DNA of 63,998 nucleotides, counting the filler, from Choristocarpus tenellus KU-1152 (Eukaryota; Protista; Phaeophyceae), in NCBI GenBank assembly GCA_964200185.2. It is 12 parts of 12 records of this genome, joined end to end, with 100 filler letters (N's around TTAATTAATTAA, not from the genome) between each part and the next. Parts side by side here need not be neighbours in the genome. Positions count along the whole stretch, not along the records: positions 23,669 to 27,378 come from CAXNAD020018376.1; positions 27,479 to 30,838 come from CAXNAD020020548.1; positions 30,939 to 39,491 come from CAXNAD020004593.1; 9 more parts are not named here. One strand, 5' to 3'. Shown in pieces: positions 23,733 to 35,235 of this stretch. A program made the translations under genes and the position numbers. Position 1 is the stretch's first letter, and each line of letters opens with the position of its first letter. Under the pieces are notes generated by a model. The model was not told the DNA's origin and did not search any database. It was given only the letters and a program-made list of their open reading frames with translations.

Positions 23733-25579
23733 TCTAACCTGTGTGCTAAAGTAAGAGTCTACTCCTGGAATTATACAGTGACGGTGATGATGAGGAGAAG
23801 GGAGAATCGTTATTATCGAAAGACGATACCGAGATGTATAGATTGGTGGTAACGATGGAGGCAGAGGGTTGAGATCGAGGGAAGGGTTGTAGAGAGCTGA
23901 TTAATAGCGGGCGCCTGTAGATTACTTCACTTTGTGAAAAAGTTGAATTTAATAGCGGTTGTGCTTTGAGATCTATGATGCAGTAGACGTGTGTTGAACA
24001 CCTCCTGCTTTGGCTAATTAGTGTGATGCTTTGGGTGTTTCATGACTTGTTATCTGCTACAGCAACGACCACACAGTGCCACATTGTAGGGACAATTACT
24101 TCGTGCCTAGATCAAGAATTAGTTATTCGTGAACCACACTTGAGATAGATCATACACATTTATTTTTCGCTTCAGACCCATCTTAGAAGATGTTCCAAGA
24201 AAAGGCTTACACTACAACCACGCATACAGATCTAAGGGTTGTCACCAAATGCCTTGAGTTTCTAGGAGTACATAGTACGACATTTGGTCACAAAACACTT
24301 CAACTTCTAGAGTAACACATATTTGCCTTAAAGTGGGATCACAACTATAGCAACCCAACGTAAACTAGTGTATGGAAGAAGGTGACCAACCATATAATTA
24401 CAAAAAGCATGTAGGACTCCAGCACTATGCACTCACAATTGCCAGCATTTGGGAATAAATTACCATACAGAATAGCCAAAATATTCCAACGGAATGCAAT
24501 CAATTGTAGAAACATAACATCGTCTACCACTTCCTTTCATCATATTCTTCTTGTACTGTATACTAAATTTGGTGCTCAGCGTCAAAGTAGAGATATGAAA
24601 AAATATATGCACCTAGAGCAAGAGGCTCGTTCTGCTACCTACTGATATTTGTTATTAATTCCTTCAAGCATTCGGACAGGTCAGCACCTGGGGCACAGGA
24701 TGACAAGAAGAGAGAAAATAGCATTGAAATTCATTTCGTATTGAGTACTAGCTTCAATCGATCAGTTGCTGCTATGTAACGCGCGCCAGCTCATTCCATC
24801 CATTTGTGTCCATGATTGAAAAAATAACCATTAAATGGGTAGCCCGCCAATGCAACCAACTGCTACAAAATTCTCTGCAAGATTTTTTACGGTGATGGGG
24901 TATGCAGCTCTAATCCATAAGAATGTATATGGACCATGAAGCTCGTACAAGGCTCCATGATGCACACGCCATCAAGTATGCTGGATCTCTCATTTCGATT
25001 ATTCACTTCACAAGTGTAATCATCATCGTATAAAAGGAACTGCGAACGATGTATGACCTCTATGGGGCTTGATAATGTCTAAAAAATAAAAAAAATAGTC
25101 AAGAAGAACAAAAATATAAAATCTACTACTTTAAGGTCATAATGGCGTTATGAAACCGCCATCAAGACATATCGCCTGTATCACAACTGCTGTGTCTCAA
25201 ATGGAATCACAAGAAAAAAAAATTAGACTATACAAGGTGGAAATAAACACAAATAGTTTTCCTTTTCTACATGATATATCTCCTCAATACTTGAGAAAGT
25301 GTACTCGAGTTGGGTAATAACAAATGGGTCGAAGGCTAAACACCTAATGTCCAGAGAACAATCTACATATGAAGTGAGTGAGGTGGTGAGGGAATTTGTA
25401 TTTGAATGCTACTGGGTTGTTTGAAATTGTGTGGTGGCATACCAAAGTCCTATACACATACCACAAAAACAATCATGAGGAGACAGGAGAATGATTTTGA
25501 ACACTTACTAATTTTCCACTGACACTAAATGCACCCCTCTCTACACACACAAAAAAACTGCATCCTGCAACTAATCTTA

Positions 25580-27277
25580 TCATACTGGCAATGTGATGTT
25601 TTGCTTGCCATAGCCAACAGTTGCTTCTACAACGATTGGGCAGGTGCTTGCTGTTGCGTTGGTAATGTCACCCACCACCGCCCCGTGGTCAGATCTCACA
25701 TACGAAGGAAAGACGCGTCCTTTAGTCAGGCGAGAGAAATTTAAAGCACCTCCTCTCTGTGCCCCTGACATTTTGCTGGTACTCCTATCAGTTAGGCTGA
25801 ATGGTATTCGGTCGTCATCACTGGTGGCTCTGAGATCTTGCATTGGTGTCAGCCACATGTTCCTGGTCGAAGCGGCGTGACTCAAGCCTGGCCAGCAGAA
25901 GCCAAGTTTGGCGGCCTCGTAATGTAGTCGATCCCATCCATTTCTCTTCCCCACGTCCTTAATCACTTCAACAATGATTTCGTTTTCTTTGTCGTGTTCT
26001 ACGAAGATACGTAGGATTCCTGACTCGCTATCCCCTCTCCTGTTCTGGTCTAAAGGGACGTATAGTCTGTCAATAAGCTCGTAGGGGTTGTACATATCCA
26101 CGGGGCTGTTGCTTGGGAATAGCGATCCGAAAATAGCAATAGTTGACAAAGCAAGCAAGAATATCCCGAAGACCACTGTAGAATATCTCACTTTCACACC
26201 GGCCTCGATGTTCTCAACATCGTCCAAGTGCTCAACAGCATCAGTAAAATTGCCAGGGTGCTCGCCAAAGGGCGAGATACGAACTCCTTGGGGATAATAT
26301 TGGTTCTTCCAGCTCCAATAAGTGAGCAATTTGAAACAATCGCCACCCATCGTTTCATCGCTTCCATCCGACTTAACACCATTCACGATCCCCGTCACAA
26401 TCGCTTCGACCAGACGGTAACTGGACGAGATATAGAAGATGGGATGTAACGTTGTGGACTCCCAACCCCGCCAGACAGAGTAGGTGAAGCTTGGGTAACT
26501 GGTATCCTCCTCAATTATCAGGTATGTGCCACCATTGAGATCGTTGCTTCGGAGGAGGATGGTGGGGGGGCTTTCGACTCCGGGTCTGGATGACAAAGCT
26601 GGTCCATTTACACACTCAGTGACCTCGCCCCAAGGGTTGACATCGTCGCCCAGCAGAACTTTACCGCTCCTGATTGGTTCACCAGTGCAGTTTATATCTT
26701 TGACAGAGTGCATCTCGCTGTTATAGTACAACTCAGGAGTGCTTTCGCTTGAGAAGGTAGAGGACCACCGGGCAATGACTGTTTTCCCGACAATTATGCG
26801 ATCACCGATCCTGTACAATCCTACCGCCTTACCAATGCCGGACTGGTCCTCGAAGTTGCCCAAAGTTCTCCCCTGCTCAGCAGTATCGTTGTCCACACGA
26901 GTGATAACCCAATCCTCGTCCACGCCACCCTCAAGTACTGGGGGAGGGCGATTGAAGAGGTCTACCGGTCCATCCGTGAAAAAGGCTAGATCCACCGATA
27001 GGTCCAATCCCAAGGACAACGCGGAAAACGTGGCTAGCATCAGAGTTGTGACTCGTGCAACCGCCCAATTTCCTCGGTCTCCTAAAATCTCCGCTTGCAA
27101 AGAATAATTTGTGACTTCGATCGACTGCCGCCGATGTTTGATCGCCCACCACCCCACATTAGCCCTAATACGTTCAAGAGCCGTTGCTACCATAGGGTGG
27201 AGTATGTATGCGATGAAGATGAAACACAAAATTATAAATGTCGTACCGTCGCCCACAGGCGGTCTGAAAACCCACAT
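25580..27277 (-). CDS. Intronless 565-aa predicted membrane protein: two N-terminal hydrophobic segments, a large ectodomain, one further TM and a C-terminal tail
   Basis: 1.7-kb uninterrupted ORF, first ATG at 27277 after an in-frame stop. Hydrophobic runs TTFIILCFIFIAYIL, VTTLMLATFSALSLGL and TVVFGIFLLALSTIAIFGSLF. Sequons NDT, NCT and NFT lie between TM2 and TM3. Confidence 0.85.
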   Translation of the reverse strand: MWVFRPPVGDGTTFIILCFIFIAYILHPMVATALERIRANVGWWAIKHRRQSIEVTNYSLQAEILGDRGNWAVARVTTLMLATFSALSLGLDLSVDLAFFTDGPVDLFNRPPPVLEGGVDEDWVITRVDNDTAEQGRTLGNFEDQSGIGKAVGLYRIGDRIIVGKTVIARWSSTFSSESTPELYYNSEMHSVKDINCTGEPIRSGKVLLGDDVNPWGEVTECVNGPALSSRPGVESPPTILLRSNDLNGGTYLIIEEDTSYPSFTYSVWRGWESTTLHPIFYISSSYRLVEAIVTGIVNGVKSDGSDETMGGDCFKLLTYWSWKNQYYPQGVRISPFGEHPGNFTDAVEHLDDVENIEAGVKVRYSTVVFGIFLLALSTIAIFGSLFPSNSPVDMYNPYELIDRLYVPLDQNRRGDSESGILRIFVEHDKENEIIVEVIKDVGKRNGWDRLHYEAAKLGFCWPGLSHAASTRNMWLTPMQDLRATSDDDRIPFSLTDRSTSKMSGAQRGGALNFSRLTKGRVFPSYVRSDHGAVVGDITNATASTCPIVVEATVGYGKQNITLPV

Positions 27278-28113
27278 CCTTGCCAACTATTCGCGACCCA
27301 GCTTGGTATCCTCTCTAGATTTGTTGGCTGCCCGCAATGATTGCCCTGGTAGACTCCCGCCAATCGTTCCATTGGGTCNNNNNNNNNNNNNNNNNNNNNN
27401 NNNNNNNNNNNNNNNNNNNNNNTTAATTAATTAANNNNNNNNNNNNNNNNNNNNNNNNNNNNNNNNNNNNNNNNNNNNGTCGCTTCCAAATTGTTTCGGT
27501 GCCCTCCACAAGCACCGAAATAGTTTTGAACAAAAATATATCCCATTCAAAAAGGGGTCCTTAAAAAGTGCCACAACATTTACATAAAAAACATATTGAC
27601 ACTTTTTCCTGGTCAATTTTGAGTCAAACCCATCCTCCATAGTATCCTCCATCCTCGTTCTTGAGAATACGCTATTAAGTGCACTACTACCTCGAGTTGA
27701 GAAACTACACGTACATAGAGATAAATTGAGAAAAATAATCCAGTCATCGGTCTTTGAATCCCAGACCAAGAAAGGCATATATATATAATATATATATGCC
27801 AGCCAAAAAAATTATTATACAGATTATTACCTTCTAGACCCTATTATATTCTGATCTATCTTGGGGTCGCATGCACTTCAGGCACTTGTGCCAATAACGG
27901 AAGGGGGGGGGTTCCTGAAGATAATAGAGTTTAACAACTATCCTTTGCTTAGCTCGCTTCTTCTAGTAGGAAGTACAACTATCTTATTTTGTTTTTTTTT
28001 GGTAATACAACAAACGGGAGATTGAGGGGGATTAGATCTATAGGAAGGGGGAGGGGAAGGGTCAGAAGCCACACCCTATTATTGGTGCTGCTAAGAGCAC
28101 ACGAAACTGCTTC

Positions 28114-28338
28114 TCCAGAAGAGTGGGTTCACATGTGAAGACTTGAGGGTTGTCGACACGATGATTTCCTAGGCTGACAGAGGGACCAGATGGTTCACAT
28201 TTGAAGACTTGAGGGTTGCCTTGGATGGAAGAGGGAACCTGCTTAATTGGTTTGCCTTGGTCTGACTTAATCCTATCAGAATATGATGCCATTGCATTGA
28301 TGGCTCTTAAGTCTTCACATGTGAAATCACTCTTCTGG
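28114..28338. mobile_element. Small TIR element (MITE-like) with an internal partial TIR copy
   Basis: ccagaagagtgggttcacatgtgaagacttgaggg pairs with ctcttaagtcttcacatgtgaaatcactcttctgg; internal copy ggttcacatttgaagacttgagggttg at ~28192. Confidence 0.65.
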
Positions 28339-29391
28339 TACAGTATACAGGCTAACTATCATCGATAACCATTCCCAGTCCTATCATCGGATGGATGATA
28401 CCTCAACAACCAAAATCAATCCACAAAAAAGCCTTCCAAGACCTCAAATCAACTTGCTCTTTCCTGTCCTCCCATCAGATCCACACGAATCCAACGGAAA
28501 GGTACATATTTAAAACAAACGGCATTGTGTCGATAGTATTTTTGTGGTGAAAACTTTTATCAAACCCGTTCTTTGTGATACGTAAATATATGCAACGTAC
28601 ACCAAAAGTGTGGTGAAGTAGTAGTATTTTGTGAAGAATATGTTTTCATGATATTGATAGTATTATCAGTAGGAGTTGTACGTTGCTTAAAAATGGTAAT
28701 GGGTCGAAATACGTTGAACGGTGTAAGAACGCCTTTTAATGTTTTAGAGATATTTTAGGTTGTTACAGGTGTGTTGCTGTCACCTAACCTCCCTTACCTA
28801 CCTGGTCTATGGTGTCGTTCGTTTGGTCAGCCCCACACTTCAGCTATAATATACTTGTCACATATCATTTGAAGAGGATATTCCTTGGGACTGATCTGGG
28901 CGGGTGCGTATATGTGTGTGTTCGTGTGTGTGTTTAACTTACAGCAAAAGTCAACCTGTGTCGAACTCTGACACGATCATCCCCCACCAGGATTTTTTAC
29001 TTTGTCATTGTCTATAACGCAGACGAGAAAGTTTTTACGATGCATATGGACTATTCTATCATCTTAATAGGTGGGTCTCAGCATTTCGTCCTCGTAAAGA
29101 TGCTGAAATTCTTCAATAATTGCACCCTCACTGTCCTGCCACCTCCTCCTCCTCTTAGTTGCAGCAGCCTAGCCCTGTGGCATTCTGATCGATTTTGATA
29201 CCAAAGGTTAACTAGACGATCAAGACGGTGGGTACGCATCATTTTTAATTCTTGAGCTAGGTACCGTGAGGGTGAGAGAGTGGGAGTGAGTTCGATATTG
29301 GCAAAGGACGGGGGGTGCCTGTGACAAGGTCATCGACTGGGTGGTAGAAGTTTTTTAAAAGGCGAGCACCAAAGAGAACTCTGCTGGCATT

Positions 29392-29812
29392 ATGTCGGAA
29401 ACAAAAGCTGGTGATGCGAGCCGGAACAATGTGGTGGTTAAGGTAAGTGGGAGTGTCTACAGGGGCCAGTGATGGGTCTTGACCTGTGACTGGGAAAGCC
29501 TGTTCAGTGTCATCGAGAGGTGTAGTGTTGCCATTCCGACTGAAAATTTTACACTTTAGTAGATTTATTCCGCCTTACAAATGCTGCCATTCTCCCATTC
29601 GTATTTCAGTGGAGTCCCTTCTTCAGTCTCTCTATCGCCCTCTCATTTGCACCTACCCCATACCTCAACACACAAGTTATCTCTACCCTGTCCCTCCTCT
29701 TCCCCAACCGTTCGCAAGGTTGGTATGGTGGGGGATGCTCAGGTGGGGAAAACAACGCTCATGGTGAAGTACGTCGAGAACAAGTTCGATGAAGAGTATA
29801 TAATGACATTGG
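29392..29812 (+). CDS. SPG1: Septum-promoting/mitotic-exit GTPase Spg1/Tem1, exons 1-2 (29392-29442, 29719-29812)
   Basis: [17 protein letters not shown]|[32 protein letters not shown] carries the P-loop GxxxxGKT and the Spg1-type [25 protein letters not shown] signature; gtaagt and gtgag donors. Confidence 0.9.
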
Positions 29813-30584
29813 GTGAGGAGGGTTGCTGACTATTGCCTTGTAGACGTGGTGTATGGTACACTGTGGAACCTCCTGTTGCTTGCATGAAATGCTTCTGGTG
29901 TTCCAACAGATCTTTTAGAGCGTCCTCTCTCTACTCACCCACACATACGTGCCTGCACTTGAGGTGCTTTGGCCGTTGGATGGAGCTTCGGGTGTTGCAC
30001 TATCATCATGATATACTGTGGCAACATCCAATCTGGGATAGCCCCATTAGTGTATTTGTGATCATCTGCAAGAACGGATGGTGACTCATCTGCGATAATC
30101 CATGTTTGAGGCAGGGACTCCTATTGTGTACTTGGGTCCTACTTGTAGAGACTGCAGTTTGCAAATCAATGTTTTCCAGGACAGACCCCTCAACTCTGTT
30201 AACACCATTCTTATTTGTGCGTTTTCCACATTGTCTTGCACTGAAAGTGAGAACTAGGGTAGGGGACCCTCTCTACGTTCTACTTACCATTCCAAAGAGG
30301 ATAGGTGCTGCATTTTTTGAAGTATTTTTTTCTGTGTACACGATTGAGGGAAGACCCGAGAGGTCAAACCTACTGGCCTGTTTTGTTATTTTTTTTAAGA
30401 AAAAACAAGAAAGCTCGCTCCCAGAAGTGTCTTGGCAGCAGCCTTGAGAGATTTGGTTCTATTCCTCCACAAGCCAGCCGCACACGAGAAAAAAACGCTT
30501 GAGGTGGGGTCATTCGTTCTAGTCAATGCCTTTTTTTCACAAATGTATATTACAACAGTAGTACAAGACTACATTTACTGCATA

Positions 30585-30774
30585 CTGGTGGAGTGCACTG
30601 GGGGGATCCACCTATCTTCTGGAGCCCCCACTTTCCTTAGGTAACACGTTTTTCACTCCAGAAGTTATTTTTGGTTAGGTATAGGGTTAGGGTTAGGGTT
30701 AGATTATCGAAAAAGTGTGTGAAAAAGTGGGAAAGCTCCGAAACGCAGGGGATCCCCCCAGTGCATGGCACCAG
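30585..30774. mobile_element. Tc1/mariner-type MITE (TA flanks) with internal (TTAGGG)n
   Basis: TA|CTGGTGgagTGCACTGGGGGGATCC...GGATCCCCCCAGTGCAtggCACCAG|TA, with tagggttagggttagggttag at 30683-30702. Confidence 0.8.
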
Positions 30775-31270
30775 TATCATGCTCTGCCGATCTTACTGAT
30801 AATAATGGAACACCTGGTGCAAACAGAGGGGTGATATCNNNNNNNNNNNNNNNNNNNNNNNNNNNNNNNNNNNNNNNNNNNNTTAATTAATTAANNNNNN
30901 NNNNNNNNNNNNNNNNNNNNNNNNNNNNNNNNNNNNNNAAATGGACAGCCGCCACCCCCTCTCAGATACTTTGAGCCATTCACCCATTATTACTTGGTGA
31001 GTGCCGATCCGTACTTCCCTCCTGTGAATTGAGAGCTCACTGCTGAAGGCTGTGCGGAAGAGTTTGTTAGTTCCCTACTACATACGCTTAGGTTTCCCTC
31101 TTAGCATATTCATGAATGGTAGCTCGCAGTTGAATACAAGTTGGCAAGGGCAATGTACAGCCTGATGTAATTCCTTGAGGTGCTTACTTTTCCTTTCCAC
31201 CCCACAAAAAATGGGATGGTACAGCATTACAACAGCAATTTAGCACAGTTGCTGGGCTTGGTTGTGGTAG

Positions 31271-31407
31271 ATAATATGAAAGGACTGGTGTCAATGTTCG
31301 CCGCAGTGTGGGTCATCAACCAGTCCATTAGCGCAGCCACCGGAATATCTTTCAATGAGACTCATTTTGACCGTTTGTCTCAATTTCCCATGACTTTGTT
31401 CAATAAG
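31271..31407 (+). CDS. Isolated candidate exon, unknown protein
   Basis: tag|(D)NMKGLVSMFAAVWVINQSISAATGISFNETHFDRLSQFPMTLFNK|gtatat. Confidence 0.35.
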
Positions 31408-31958
31408 GTATATCTGTCTTTTGGTTTGCATTTTTGATCGGGCGTGCCAGATGTACGGTCATGGTGTTTCCATCACCAAGCAAAGAGCAAGGGTGCATCA
31501 CTAACAGTGGCAATGGTAGTGGAAGAGAGTTGCTTTAGTTACTAAGTGGGGATGTAAGGTCATATTTGTTTTTCTAAATATTTTCTTGATAGTGCTTTCT
31601 CTTTTAGGGGGCGCGTGTTTCTTCGCATTTCATTCCGCTTCTGTCTCCTTAGCCTATCTGTTCTGCCGAAAGGACAAAAGATTAGTCACTTTCTATCATT
31701 CTGTTATCCTCAACAAAAAGGCAGATCCGTCGGTCAACAAATAATCCGTAGAAGAAAGGAAAAACAGAAAGAACTGCACAAATTCAAGGATCAGCTCCAG
31801 CGCCAAGGACCATAATTGGATCTTAAAAAAAGTGGGGCACACATCACCCACTTGTATTTCAGAGAGAGCTTCTAGGTCAAGTCCTCACACCCGGTACATA
31901 CAACCTATTTACCATCAACACAAGAGTAGGGAAAGATCCTGCTTCTCCTCCTCCTCCT

Positions 31959-31994
<36 letters not shown>

Positions 31995-32516
31995 CCTCCG
32001 CCAGAGGTACATACATGAGAATAGGATCTTGGTGCTCCAGCTGTCGAGAAAGGGAAAGGTTCATCAACTTCAACGATAGCCAAGTATTTCATAATAAAGC
32101 CAAGGATGTATCACCCTAGGCAGGTCCAGAGTAAACGAGAGGTACTTAGGGTTTGGACGTGTTGAACTCAAAGCCGTTTTTTTATCTTTTTCTTTCACCA
32201 TTATTTCTATGGATGAAGTGCTAAGATTGACTTGGGAGCTTTAATTTCTCTACTGCTTGAAAAAAATGGACATAATTATAAAAACCTCTCTGTATTATCC
32301 GTTTGTACAAATAGCACCTCTCGTTTGCTTTACCTCCCTACATTTTGTGCTCATCGCTGAAGTGCATGAGGTCCTATTATTGGTTATGTGATGTGGACAT
32401 TACGCCAGGTCCACTCTCTGAAACTTTGCTCTCACCATCACAAAATAATTGCTGTGTTGCATCAGATGTCCCAAATGGGAACACAACGATCACACTATGT
32501 CCTACAAAAGTAATCT

Positions 32517-32543
32517 TAGGGTTAGGGTTAGGGTTAGGGTTAG
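32517..32543 (+). repeat. Interstitial telomeric repeat (TTAGGG)4 abutting a LINE 5' end
   Basis: ttagggttagggttagggttagggttag. Confidence 0.95.
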
Positions 32544-32840
32544 TGAAGACTGGGTGCGACGGTATCGATGCAACTGTACGAAAAAGTATACTCTTGTTTA
32601 CAGAACTACTTACACGCATGGGGGATGAGCAGTTCCCAAAGGAGCTGATGTTCGGCGAACTTGCAGATGACGAATAGAAGAAAGATGGACAGGAGAGGAC
32701 TGTTGGATGTGCCTCCAAGATGACCTTGAGATTTTGGGATCACTGTGGAAGGATAGAGCACAAGTTCAGTAGACCAAGAGGTGATACAAGTGAGTGGTTG
32801 ACGGCACGAAGAGCTTCGTAGAAAAGTGATCAAGAACAAT
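32542..32840 (+). mobile_element. 5'-truncated RTE-type LINE, post-RT C-terminal region
   Basis: LVKTGCDGIDATVRKSILLFTELLTRMGDEQFPKELMFGEL...CLQDDL fits the RTE-type RM...RLPK..MFGEL...W..C..DDL..FGI pattern. Confidence 0.75.
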
Positions 32841-33434
32841 TTCGGTCTCAACATGATATTGTGCGATAACGCAATATTATTTTGCAAACCAGAGAGACAT
32901 CCGTACCGTACTTCATATCGGGATGAGTGACTTCTGTTCCAGCCCAACACCAGATTCAGCCAGAGAAGGACTAGGGATTGAATGCCCAAAGCCGATCAAT
33001 GATATTATCCCACTCAAAAATGCCGCATGGCTGTCAGCATCAATGTTTGTGTAGTAGTATTTTCCTGTGAATTGCAAGAAAAGTGTTCTCAAACAAGAAG
33101 GGCGTACAATGAGGTTGCTAGTGAAGGTGGCTGTGTGCAAGGATTGACCTAATGTACTTGTGAGGGTTGTGACTTAGACTCATTCGCTGTCCTAGCAACC
33201 ATAAGTATGTTCAAGACTAACAGACTTTCTTGAAAATATTCAATGACATGGAAAAAGGGCAACAATCTCTTCCCCCTCCAAAAGTCGAGAGATAACAAAG
33301 TAAGTTTTGGTATTTCCCTTCCCCTTCAGCGTCTCATTCACCCTCAATCTCGGTTGAATGACATATCCAAGAGGATATCGTAATAAGATGTGTGTAGCTA
33401 TCACTGGATGAAAAGTAGCACGGGTACAAATAAA

Positions 33435-33692
33435 GACCCAAAGCATTTAAGAGGGTAGGGTCCCGTCCGTTTGGGGTCATAAATCCGATGTTGCGATTTT
33501 GATTCATTTTGACTATCGTTTTTGTTGGCAAGTGTCCATGTCCTTGCTCCGCACACACCTTCATAGTCGTATACATTTTAGGTGGCTGAGTGCACACAGA
33601 AAACCGATAAAAGGACATAAAAAACCCCGTGGGAAGTCAAGTCCCGAACGGACAAACAGGGCAATATTCCTACCCTCTTCAATGCTTTGGAT
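33435..33692 (-). mobile_element. MITE family B, diverged full copy
   Basis: TIRs CCAAAGCATTTAAGAGGGTAGG...CCTACCCTCTTCAATGCTTTGG; the body aligns to the reverse complement of 34771-35028. Confidence 0.8.
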
Positions 33693-34308
33693 GAAAGTGT
33701 CAGCATAGCCCTTCCCCTCCCCTTGCTATCTCTACAGACAATTATCTCCTTCCATACCACGGTTACGTTTCAAAACATAGATACAGGCGATGCAGGTATA
33801 ACAAACTACAATGTTACAGTATGTACAGCACTTGTTGTGGGCAGATCCACTTACAATCAATATAGTACTCGGAGATGCCTTTTCACTTGGATACATAAAA
33901 AATATGTGCCTCTGCCCAGATTCGGAGAAAACCGAGCCTCACAAGAAATGTAGGACCAAGGCCCATCAAAGAACAGAGCATTGATCATCACTCTTGCCAG
34001 CTGTGTCCGATAACTAAACTCGTACATCAATTCATCTTCGTGATAGAGATGCCTTCACCTTTGAAACTACCGGATCAAGCACCTTCAATAAGCTCATCAC
34101 TAAGCATATCAAGTCGTTAGCCATTGTGCGATAGTACACTATAACTTCTTAAAAGTCACCTGCTGGTCTTTCCCATATCTTGATCAAACAAATCATGCCG
34201 ATAAAATCGTTGCAATTCACAACCCTTCCCCACCCCCCACCCTCCACCCCCTACTACAAATAGACCGTCACCACCGATTCTACCTTCCATTCTTCCACAT
34301 TGCCCAAT

Positions 34309-34488
34309 GGGTCAAAGTATCTGGGGATGGGGGGGGGGGTTGTGAGGGGGGGTCCGTTTCGGTCAAACAACTCTTTTTTTTGCTGACAATTCAAATCCAA
34401 CACATGCGACCAAATCACACCAAAAAAGTGAAAATCGAAAAAAGGGTGAAAAGCGGACACCCGCACCCCTCCCCATATACTTTGACCC
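34309..34488. mobile_element. MITE related to family A (shared TIR, diverged body)
   Basis: AAT|GGGTCAAAGTATCTGGGG...CCCCATATACTTTGACCC|AAT. Confidence 0.8.
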
Positions 34489-34539
34489 AATCACTTCAAG
34501 AACCATGAAGAATATCACTGAAGATAATGGCACATGAGT

Positions 34540-35235
34540 TCACAGTATGACCAAGCACATTATCTCAAACTCTACTCCAATCACCGCATATTCCTCCTCT
34601 GCTACTTGGGTTTCACCAAACAGGAACGCAGCAATCGTTTTTGATCCTACAAATATAGTGTTGTGAAGACTGAGTGTGGAGGCAACGGTGTGCAAGCAGA
34701 GGATCTTATATACCGGGTCAGCAACACAAACGGGGGATGAACGACTACTTGAGGTATTGATGTTTGGAAAGAGTGGAAGTATCTTAGAGGGTATGAGTTC
34801 TGCCCCGTTTGTCCGTTTGGAGCTTGGCTTCCCCCAGCTTTTGGTGGCATTTTACCTACTCTGAAATGTTTCGGAGTAGGTAAAATGTATACGTTACGAA
34901 AAGGTGTGTCCGGAACAAGGATATTGACACTTTCTAACTAACACGATGGACAAAATTACATCAAAAACACAAAATCTAACTTTGGTCCCAAAATGGACGC
35001 AGCTCTACCCTCTAAGATACTTTGACTCGGGAGCTTGCTAGTGGAAACGGAAGCAAGGTAGGCAGGAGAAGAACCGGTGGACATGCCTCCAAGATGACCT
35101 TCACAAGGTTGGGATTGGAGTTGAGGGTTGGAGTTGAGGGCTGGAGTAACTGGGCCACTAACCATCAGGAGTGGTATGAGTGTGTAGCTCATGGCACGAC
35201 AAGATTCATGGCCGAGAGACATCCAAGAAAGTTGT
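34540..35235 (+). mobile_element. RTE-type LINE 3' fragment interrupted by MITE B
   Basis: YLKLYSNHRIFLLCYLGFTKQERSNRF*SY..VVKTEC / VEATVCKQRILYTG..GDERLLEVLMFG[MITE]ELASG...CLQDDL...W...HQEWYECVAHGTTRFMAE; homologous to 32542-32840. Confidence 0.8.
34771..35028 (+). mobile_element. MITE family B, full 258-bp copy with an internal 40-bp palindrome. Further partial copies at 52540-52718
   Basis: GAGTGGAAGTATCTTAGAGGGTA...TACCCTCTAAGATACTTTGACTC; palindrome CATTTTACCTACTCTGAAA-TG-TTTCGGAGTAGGTAAAATG at 34848-34887. Confidence 0.88.

Noticed and set aside
28800-29190. Divergent gene upstream of Spg1
   Set aside because: The coding-like minus-strand pieces contain stops and could not be joined into a frame.
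31892-32041. Minus-strand exon with (GGAGCA)n encoding GAGAG or EQEQE
   Set aside because: A good acceptor is present, but the frame and donor are ambiguous and the openness is explained by the microsatellite.
34624-34753. Apparent AG/GT-bounded exon with an in-frame TGA (selenocysteine?)
   Set aside because: The sequence is part of a decayed RTE LINE, homologous to 32542-32840.
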